The position numbers and the translations under genes are program-made. Shown piece after piece: positions 53,981-61,909 of a DNA stretch of 64,000 nucleotides (its first letter is position 1; each line of letters begins with the position of its first letter). Under the pieces are notes generated by a model that did no database searches, was not told where the DNA came from, and saw only the letters and a program-made list of their open reading frames with translations. The DNA lies in the NCBI RefSeq assembly GCF_000142905.1, contig NW_013657620.1, forward strand, positions 62,001-126,000, given 5' to 3'. This DNA comes from Thecamonas trahens ATCC 50062. Its lineage: Eukaryota > Protista > Apusomonadida.

Positions 53981-56101
53981 ATGCATGGTGCTGGCAGGAG
54001 CAGACGGAGTAAAGCTGGTGAGCGGCATGTGGCTGTGTCGGCTCTCATCCGCTGTGCTCCGCTCGGTCTGGCACTGCTCGCCGTCCAGGCGCAACTGCAG
54101 GCGCTGACTCACTCGTACTCGGGCACGACGTTTGGATGGTTGGTGGCATGCTGTGCAGCGGCGGCGGGCTTGTCTCTGGCTGCTGGCCTGGTCCTTCGAT
54201 CAAGGTCAGGCGCTTGTGTCTGGTCCATCATCCTCGTCCTTATGCCTTATCTCGCTACTGCCGTCGTCTATCTTGTCTTTCCCCGCCCACTGGCCGTCTC
54301 CCACTCGTTTGATCTCAATCTCGTCCTCACAACCGCCATCACTGGCCTCTTTGCCTCGCTTGCCGCCCTTGCTGCCACTTGCTTCAGTCTATGCGTTCGA
54401 TGCCGAGTTGCCCCTCTCATCCGCGTCGGCCTCTGCATGACCCCGCTCCTCGCGGCCGCTCTGGCAGCCGCGCTCATGGCATGGTCGTACTCTGTGAGCC
54501 ACAGTGAGGACTATTCGGTGGGCATCGGCGGCTGCAACCTCGACAAAAGCGGCAGCTGCGTCATTCCCAGCCACATGCACCTGTTCCACGCCGTACCAGC
54601 GTTCATCACCTCCAACCCGATCCTCCTCGCAGCCTGCCCGGCCCTTGCAGCCGGCGCTCAAGCCCCGACAGTGCTACCGGGCTCACGCGAACTGCTATTT
54701 GACTGCGGCGATCCACATCTACTGCCCGCAGTGGTTGCCAACGTCCACTACGACTCGCGCCCGGCGCGTGGCATGAGCAGGGCGCATGCTGCCATGCCGC
54801 CAGCCTACTGGAATGTCCTCGCCCCGGGCACCACTCGCTATCTGCTTGCCGCACGCACGCTTCATCTAGAGGTCTTCTGCTTTGCGCACATGCCTCCCGT
54901 TCCGGAACTCGTCGCTGATGCCGAGACTGGGACAACTCTGCTGACACCGCCGGTGCTGCCGGCATGGGCTGCGGGCGGGACCTCTCTGGGGCTGGTCATC
55001 ACGCCTAACGCAGCACTACTCCCACCGCCCACGCTACCGACGCAAGAGCAAGACCTGCTTACGGTCCCACCGTCGATCCACATGACCATGCTTGACGCGG
55101 TCTCACGGACCATGTTCACGACCCGGATGCAGGCTACCGTCAACGCGCTGCTCTCGGCCGCCGACCCGGCGCCGTGCACTTCCGATGGCCAGAGTGACAG
55201 GAGCAGGAGGAAGAGTCGCAAGCGATACACACTCTTTCAGTTTATGCGGTTCCACGCACTCGGCGTGCACACCTCATCGTCACTGCCAGCGCTGTACTGC
55301 GATGCAAGCCACTCGCTGCTTCGATGCTCGCAGCAGCCCCCTGAGGCGACGCTCTGGGGCGCGTTCCGGGAGTCGGCTCGAGTTGCCGGCGTGGAGGGGC
55401 GCTCTCTTTTCCTCAACGACCTTTGCGAGGACTACATGACATCGATCTTTTCGCTCCGAACATCGGCCGAGTATGTGCCGGATGTGGAAGCCGCAACACC
55501 GTTCTGCCATCCCGACTACGATGCGCATGGCGCCTGGTCCAATCTTGCGGGACCCAATTCGATTGTGTCGCGGTGCATTGGCTCGACCCGCGTCCACGCT
55601 GTGGCCCTAGACGCCGCCCGCCGGGCTGCAGTCGGTGGCGCCGCTGCCGGCATTCCCACGCTTACCATGACCCACCTCTCAGATGGTCACGAAGGCTCGC
55701 TCGGCGTCCTCTCGACGCTCGACATGCCGCTGGCAGCGCACATCACCGGCATGCTTCAGGACGCACCCGGCGTCCACGTTGTGTTCTCGGATCACGGCAA
55801 CCACATGGGCCCTTTCTACGAGTACTCACACGCCGGGCGGATCCAGAACAAGATGGCGCTACTCATGCTCCTGGTGCCAAACGATCTCCTCGACGCGCAT
55901 CCCGAGTGGGCTCCACGTCTCGCAGCCTGGCAGCAGTCTCTGGTCTCGGTCCACGACCTCCACGCTACACTGCGCGACATCATGGCTGCGCCGGCCACGG
56001 AAGACCGACTCCGCGGCACCTCAATGGTTGCCGCCAATCCCGACCCAGACCGCACTTGCTCTGATGCCGGCATCGGCCGCTCGTTCTGCGTCTGTCCGTA
56101 G
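53981..56101 (+). CDS. DUF229 / alkaline-phosphatase-superfamily enzyme with N-terminal TMs (706 aa)
   Basis: MLDAVSR..F; LGVHTSSSL; SDGHE; VFSDHG; NKMALLMLLVP; QSLVSVHDLHATL; RTCSDAGI...CVC. Confidence 0.8.
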   Translation: MHGAGRSRRSKAGERHVAVSALIRCAPLGLALLAVQAQLQALTHSYSGTTFGWLVACCAAAAGLSLAAGLVLRSRSGACVWSIILVLMPYLATAVVYLVFPRPLAVSHSFDLNLVLTTAITGLFASLAALAATCFSLCVRCRVAPLIRVGLCMTPLLAAALAAALMAWSYSVSHSEDYSVGIGGCNLDKSGSCVIPSHMHLFHAVPAFITSNPILLAACPALAAGAQAPTVLPGSRELLFDCGDPHLLPAVVANVHYDSRPARGMSRAHAAMPPAYWNVLAPGTTRYLLAARTLHLEVFCFAHMPPVPELVADAETGTTLLTPPVLPAWAAGGTSLGLVITPNAALLPPPTLPTQEQDLLTVPPSIHMTMLDAVSRTMFTTRMQATVNALLSAADPAPCTSDGQSDRSRRKSRKRYTLFQFMRFHALGVHTSSSLPALYCDASHSLLRCSQQPPEATLWGAFRESARVAGVEGRSLFLNDLCEDYMTSIFSLRTSAEYVPDVEAATPFCHPDYDAHGAWSNLAGPNSIVSRCIGSTRVHAVALDAARRAAVGGAAAGIPTLTMTHLSDGHEGSLGVLSTLDMPLAAHITGMLQDAPGVHVVFSDHGNHMGPFYEYSHAGRIQNKMALLMLLVPNDLLDAHPEWAPRLAAWQQSLVSVHDLHATLRDIMAAPATEDRLRGTSMVAANPDPDRTCSDAGIGRSFCVCP

Positions 56102-56341
56102 TTGTGGTCGAGTGTCCCGTGTCGGGCCTCCCAGCCAGATCGCACACCACCACCACACCAACGTCAATCACGGCGGCCCACCACCAGTAGTCACGACACA
56201 CCATCAGCAGTCGCGGCTCACCAGCAGCCCAACTCGGGCCCACCATCAGGTAAAACCAGGTCCAACCAAATCGGTCGGGCACGTCGCGCGAGGCCGAGAC
56301 GAGCCAGCGAGGTGCCGACAACGGCGACCACCCAACCCAGG

Positions 56342-57642
56342 ATGGGCTACCGAACACGGGCATGCATTGCCATACTCGCGGTAGTTGGCCTCCTTGCCTT
56401 TCAGCATACCACTGTCTTGCTCGAGGAGCTCACCACCATCTCCTTCCTCCCACCGTGGCCGCTGTTCACGGCTGCCACGGCTGGCCTGACCCTCACCGAG
56501 CGCTCCTTTGCCGCCGTCGCACCACCTGGCGCACAGATTCTTCGCTTGGCCACCGCATACGTGTCATCGGCCTCGCTAACGGCTTCGGTGCAACTCGGCG
56601 TATGGGATGCCCTGGCTGCTGCCCTGCCTCATCCGCTGTCGTCGCGGCATTTGGCTGCGGCCATCGCTGTTCCTGATCACATCGCCCTCGCCAAACTGAT
56701 GACTCTGCTCGCTCAGCACGGCATGGTTGAGCGGATCCCGGGTGACGGCAGCGGCGAGGATGATGCTTGGGCACTCAATCACGTCTCGCGGCTCCTTGTC
56801 TCGTCGCATCCATCGTCACTGGCTCCGGCGGTGGCCCTGCTGGGCGGGCCCGAGCACACAGCACCCATGCACGATCTGGCGGCAGTGATGCGGCGTGGTG
56901 CGGCGCCTGGGGGCTTTGCTGGCTCGCATGCCGGCAAGTCGCTGTGGGAGTATCTGGCGGAGAGGCCGGAGCGCGAGCGGGTTTTTGACGACGCCATGCA
57001 GGCCATCGAGGCGACCGAGAAGGGCGCGGTGCTCGCCGACGGGGGCTGGGCGTCTACGACGTGGTGGTGGATGTCGGCTCCGGCCGCGGCGGCCTCATTG
57101 CCGCCCTCCTCGACGCGTATCCGCACGTCAAGGGCGTCATCCTGGACCGTGGTTCGGTCATCGGCGCTGTTCGCACCGAGTGGTCGACGTCGGCTACGCT
57201 CGCCGCATACCAACGCGCTGGACGGGTCTCATTTGAACTCGGCGATGTGTTTAGCGAGGAGCTTGCGCTCGGGCCTGTGGCGGCGGCGGCCGGCCGCGCC
57301 GGCGACCGTGTTGCCGTCGTCCTCAAGCACATCCTGCACGACTGGAATGCAACGGCGGCGGCAGCGATTGTGGCCAACGTGGCACGGGCGCTGCCGCCAG
57401 GCGGCGAGTTGGTGCTCATCGGGCGGGTGCTCGAGCCGGGTGCGTCGCTGGTCGCCGACCAAGGCTCGTATCTCTCATCGCAGCTGATGTACGCCATGTA
57501 TGGCGGGAGCGAGCGCACTCTTCCCGAGTTGGATGCACTGCTTGCCCCTGCTGGCCTGGTCCGGCTCCGCACTGAGCGGACCCGGTCGGCGGTATGGGTC
57601 GTGGTGGCCGGCCGGGCGCCGACTACACCGCCGACGTCTTGA
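56342..57642 (+). CDS. SAM-dependent O-methyltransferase (COMT/ASMT class) with N-terminal hydrophobic segment (~433 aa; frameshift near 57041-57050)
   Basis: Dimerisation HTH (AsvQLGVWDAL), GKSLWEYL..RPERERVFDDAM, VVDVGSGRG, GVILDR, GDVF, LKHILHDW, GGSERT. Confidence 0.9.
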
Positions 57643-58474
57643 CCTCGAACGAAGTAAAGGCAAGCTCGGGACTCTCCGAGCTGGGATCAGCAACGTGGAC
57701 GCTGACGGGCGAGTCGGCGACATGCTCGGGGCCGATGGCGTCGCACTGGACATACACGTTGCCGACCGCCACCAGCTCGGGGTCGAACGCCTGCGCGTAG
57801 ATGCGAGCGCCGACGTTGCCGGCCAGACCGGCCAGCGCCTTGCCTTTGAGCTTGCCATAGACATGGATGTCGCCGTCGGAAAGGAGCTCCGACCCGGTGT
57901 TGGCCGAGCCCAGAACCACCAGATCCCGGCCCTGCGCGTACACCTGCTGGCCAGACCGGACCGATCCCGAGACAACCAGCGCCGGACGTGGAGCCTGTGG
58001 CTCAGCGGCATCGCCCTGCACAGGCTGCGCCTTTGCCACCGGCTCAGCAGCCGCCTCATCACCACTCTTACCACCGGCGGTAGTGGGCACAAACAGCGGC
58101 AGGGCAGCATCATTGGCGTGATCTGCGCCAAAGCCAGCCCCCAGACCAGCAACACGAAGACCAAGAGCGGCAATGGCCTTGAGAGCCACAGCCAACTCTT
58201 GCGGAGAAGGCGATGGCATGGCTGGATGCGGTTCAATGATGATGGGCGTCTCCTTGAAGAACAGCGGCGAGAGTCGGATCTTTGCTGACAGTTGCTCCAC
58301 AAAGCTCTGTCGGTCAGCAGCCGAATCGAGTGGCGGGAGGATGAGGGTAGGAAGGGCATAACCTCTGGAGACGAGCGAGACTCTCCGTTTCTGCACCATC
58401 ATCATGGTCATCATTCCCTCATACACCGCTCTTCCATATACAAACCCTGTCCTCCACACTTGTGTCCGGAACAT
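57623..58474 (-). CDS. minC: Septum site-determining protein MinC, nuclear-encoded, probably mitochondrial
   Basis: LSAKIRLSPLFFKETPIII (MinC-N) and VRSGQQVYAQGRDLVVLGSANTGSELLSDGDIHVYGKLKGKALAG...ARIYAQAFDPELVAVG (MinC-C beta-helix); ~30-aa Arg-containing N-terminal extension. Confidence 0.95.
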   Translation of the reverse strand: MFRTQVWRTGFVYGRAVYEGMMTMMMVQKRRVSLVSRGYALPTLILPPLDSAADRQSFVEQLSAKIRLSPLFFKETPIIIEPHPAMPSPSPQELAVALKAIAALGLRVAGLGAGFGADHANDAALPLFVPTTAGGKSGDEAAAEPVAKAQPVQGDAAEPQAPRPALVVSGSVRSGQQVYAQGRDLVVLGSANTGSELLSDGDIHVYGKLKGKALAGLAGNVGARIYAQAFDPELVAVGNVYVQCDAIGPEHVADSPVSVHVADPSSESPELAFTSFEVKTSAV

Positions 58475-58887
58475 CTTCGCTCTGTCGCTCTGTCTAGCGG
58501 TGGCGAGCCGAGTTGAGTCTCTTTCCCTTTGGCGCCCTTCTGCCGTCTGCCACTCACTCGGTCACCACCGACCCAATACTGTCATTTGGTGCGCGCGCTC
58601 TCTCTCTGTTGCTTGCCGGCCAAGCGATCGCCCCTACTGGCTCGACGACCTATCCCTCTGTGTCAACACATCATACCAATTGGCATGATGACTTGCGTGT
58701 ACATAACTTGCAGCCGCGCGCTTGTGTAGACACGAGATTAACGTAAGAGTTGGACGCCAAGACGGCGCCCGTTGTCGTTGTCATCATCATCGTCGTCGTC
58801 GTCGTCGCAGAGCCGCCGTTCCTGGCTTGTCAATAGGCATGGGCGCATTGGCCTTACAATGGTAAAGCCTGAGTCGGTGGAAATGTG

Positions 58888-60186
58888 TTAGATGATGGCG
58901 GTTGGCCGAGTAAGGCCGCTTGCTTGCCGCCTGGGACTGACGCTGAATGGTGATGCGATCAGAGGCGGACGAGTGGTATGGGGCCGCGCGCGAGATACGG
59001 CGTATGATGGCGCCTGGAGCTCGCCAAGAAGATCAAATGACGAGGCAAACTCGCACCAGCTGCTCGAGAGTTGCTGGCGAGCATGGCGTTCGCGCCGCTC
59101 GCGCGATGATGAGACGCCCGGATGCAGCGCTTCGAGCTGCAAAACCGCCGAGGCCTTGGTTGGCGATGGCGAGAAGGTAGGTGGCCGGACAGACGCCACA
59201 TCGCGGGCGCGTTCAGCGATCCAGGTCGGGAGTGTAATGCCAGCAGAGACACGCGTAGGTGCGGTGGATGTTTGTCCGGCCCGTCGAGCGGCTGGCGAGT
59301 CGCGGATGTGCCGGCTCTGCCAGTAGTCGGATCGTCGCTGCATGGCCGACGCGGCCGGCGAGGCACGGATGGCAGCTCGCATCAGTGATGAGACCTCATC
59401 TCGGGTAAAAATCTTCCGCTTGGGATGCGGGAGAGAGCGCGGGAGGCCACGAAGCGGATCATGTTCGTTGACCAGGAACTGTGGCGTTCTGTGTGAGCGC
59501 GTCCGCGACCGCTCGGCAGCAACGGCCTCATCCAGCAGCGCGCCGCGATGTCGCCCATCTCTGCTCGATTCGTCATCCGACCACAATGCCGAGTTGGATG
59601 GCAGCGAGGCGGTGGTGAGCGAGGTTCGCGGCGGGAAGAGCGAGTCGCCCGAGTGCAGCGAGAGTGCCAGCGAGTCCGAGTCGCTGCCACCACTCGCGCT
59701 CGCCGCGTCCTGCACCAGCTGCGAGAGAAACGAATCTCGCTGGTCTCTTTCCACCGTCCGATGGCTCTGCACTCGGGCCGGCACCGGCGTCTCCTGATCT
59801 GCCCCCAATGCCGCATTCTGCGGTGCTGGCGTCTCGGATCTGGGCGCCGCTACCACCATCGCGGACGATGCGGCCACCGAGCCCACGCTGCCACAGGAGC
59901 GCGACAATGAACAAGCGGCAACATCATCACCAGAATGATGGCTACATCGACTTGTCTGCGATCGGAGGCTCTGCCTATCCCACCGTTGGCTGTGAGCCAA
60001 TCTGCCGTCGCTGTCTTCCCGCCGCTCCTCCTGGCCGTGCTCGCCGTCATCACCCACACCACCGACACCACCATCTAGCCAGTCATCCAAGACCGAAGAG
60101 TACAGAGAGTCATGGTAGCCACCAGTAGCCCGGCTATGGACTTCTTCCTCGTCATCTTCGCCCCACTCGAGCCTCCAGTCAGTCAT
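58888..60186 (-). CDS. Hypothetical, largely disordered Ser/Arg-rich protein (432 aa)
   Basis: Long ORF filling the space between genes; no recognised domain. Confidence 0.55.
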   Translation of the reverse strand: MTDWRLEWGEDDEEEVHSRATGGYHDSLYSSVLDDWLDGGVGGVGDDGEHGQEERREDSDGRLAHSQRWDRQSLRSQTSRCSHHSGDDVAACSLSRSCGSVGSVAASSAMVVAAPRSETPAPQNAALGADQETPVPARVQSHRTVERDQRDSFLSQLVQDAASASGGSDSDSLALSLHSGDSLFPPRTSLTTASLPSNSALWSDDESSRDGRHRGALLDEAVAAERSRTRSHRTPQFLVNEHDPLRGLPRSLPHPKRKIFTRDEVSSLMRAAIRASPAASAMQRRSDYWQSRHIRDSPAARRAGQTSTAPTRVSAGITLPTWIAERARDVASVRPPTFSPSPTKASAVLQLEALHPGVSSSRERRERHARQQLSSSWCEFASSFDLLGELQAPSYAVSRARPHTTRPPLIASPFSVSPRRQASGLTRPTAII

Positions 60187-60510
60187 GGGTGCGGGTGCGG
60201 CTGAGGCAACGGCCGTATCTGGTCGAGTCAGGTGCCAACCAACAGACCGCCAGCCTCATCGACGTATCGACCAGCATAACCACCAAGTCGAGACAGGTTG
60301 GCCCTTTGACCTGGCAATCCGATTCAGATCCATGGCTGGAGGCCATGGGCACATTGGGCTGAACGGATCCCTTTGTGTTGTACCCTTTGCTCCCGCCAGC
60401 ACCGATCGGACGCTCTGCTCACAAGTGGACACAGTGCGTGTGTGTGATGACATCATTGCAGCATATCGATAACCACACCAATAGCCATCGTAACCTCCTT
60501 CGCCTGCTTG

Positions 60511-60826
60511 GTGCCTCATCAGTGCCTCATCAGTGCCTCATCAGTGCCTCATCGGTGCCTCACCGGTGCCTCATCAGTGCCTCATCAGTACCTCACCGAT
60601 GCCTCATCGGTGCCTCACCGGTGCCTCATCAGTGCCTCATCAGTACCTCACCGATGCCTCATCGGTGCCTCACCGGTGCCTCATCAGTGCCTCATCAGTA
60701 CCTCACCGATGCCTCACCGGTGCCTCATCAGTGCCTCATCAGTACCTCACCGATGCCTCATCGGTGCCTCACCGGTGCCTCATCAGTGCCTCATCAGTAC
60801 CTCACCGATGCCTCATCGGTGCCTCA
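60511..60826. repeat. 11-bp minisatellite (GTGCCTCATCA variants) x28.7 with 55-bp higher-order period
   Basis: Units GTGCCTCATCA, GTGCCTCACCG, GTACCTCACCG and ATGCCTCATCG recur in ordered groups of five. Confidence 0.95.
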
Positions 60827-60870
60827 ACCACAGCACTGTCTGTACCATACTTGTGGTGTGAAAAAGGAGT

Positions 60871-61734
60871 ATGCCGCGGACGACACTGACAACAGGAGCA
60901 GCTGCCTCGCCTCGGACGGGACGACGGGCAGCAGCGCCACGGGCCCTGGCACCCTCTCAGCCAGGCATGCTTGCGCACAAGTCATATGCTGAGGAAGTGA
61001 CTCGTGGAAGAGGCACTCTGCCCATTGCCTCATCGTACCATGCTGATTTTGCATCAAAGCAGGCGTTGACCAGGAACAGGCCCATCGCCTCAAACGGCCT
61101 CGGCGCAACGACCGCATCGAGATCGCCTGGGAAGAACGTGGCAGAGCCTGTTCTCCGCTCGGCTGTGGCCATGCCGGACAGATCGCTGCGAAGGTCAAAG
61201 CCTATTGCCTCTGCTAGGCCGGGGGCCACCACAAACGCCGCCTACCACTCGCCGGCAAAGGACCGCAACCCGTACTACACGCCGCCTTCCCCCGCCGCTC
61301 GCCCGCCGCCGACATCAGCCGCCTCCTCGGCTCCACGCACGCCGGATCGCCTCTCTCGTGCCATGTCGTTTGATGGCCGTGGTACAAACGCCACTCCGTC
61401 GTCGTCCCGTCCGGCGCCAGAGATGCGCCTCCGCTCGCCCATCCACGCCAGCGTTGACGGCCGGACCTCGGTCTCCACCGTCTCGGGCCAGGCCTCGTCG
61501 TTTGACGCGCCCAAGAACGGTGCGCCCCGACCCAAGCCCTCACCGCGCCCATCGTTGCACCGGCCTATCCGCTCGCGCGCCTTTGGCTCCACCACCGCAG
61601 CCGTGGACTTTATCCAGGCCAAGGCTCCGAACGCATCGTCATCTCCCGCGTCCCAGGGCGTCTCCAACTATGCCTCGCCGGGTGTCATCCGCTACGCCGG
61701 TGCCGGTGCCACCACCGCGTCATACCCTCAGTAA
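60871..61734 (+). CDS. Pro/Ser-rich protein with Mn-like motifs (SAXO-like?); 5' end uncertain
   Basis: SSYHADF, TTNAAYH, TTAAVDF and TTASYP spaced through a basic disordered ORF; possible upstream exon 60332-60433. Confidence 0.55.
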   Translation: MPRTTLTTGAAASPRTGRRAAAPRALAPSQPGMLAHKSYAEEVTRGRGTLPIASSYHADFASKQALTRNRPIASNGLGATTASRSPGKNVAEPVLRSAVAMPDRSLRRSKPIASARPGATTNAAYHSPAKDRNPYYTPPSPAARPPPTSAASSAPRTPDRLSRAMSFDGRGTNATPSSSRPAPEMRLRSPIHASVDGRTSVSTVSGQASSFDAPKNGAPRPKPSPRPSLHRPIRSRAFGSTTAAVDFIQAKAPNASSSPASQGVSNYASPGVIRYAGAGATTASYPQ

Positions 61735-61909
61735 CAGCATCATCACCATCTATCGTCTTGTCACCTCTTGACCGTACCGACCCCCCTCCTTCACCGCAAA
61801 CCACCGCCAACTCGAACCAGGCAACAGCCAGGAGCCGACACGCCTCTCTCTCTCCCTCTCTCTCCCTCTCTCTCTTTGACAAACGGCATCCTCTTGCTCG
61901 GCACCATCC

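Noticed and set aside
4273-57642. Frameshifted genes as pseudogenes
   Set aside because: Key motifs are intact, no other stops, and each lesion is a single base at a homopolymer.
57623-58474. minC as bacterial contamination
   Set aside because: Contiguous with and overlapping host-style genes, same composition, no minDE operon, has an N-terminal extension.
60375-60992. Repetitive Cys/His ORFs in three frames
   Set aside because: Products of a stop-free 11-bp minisatellite.
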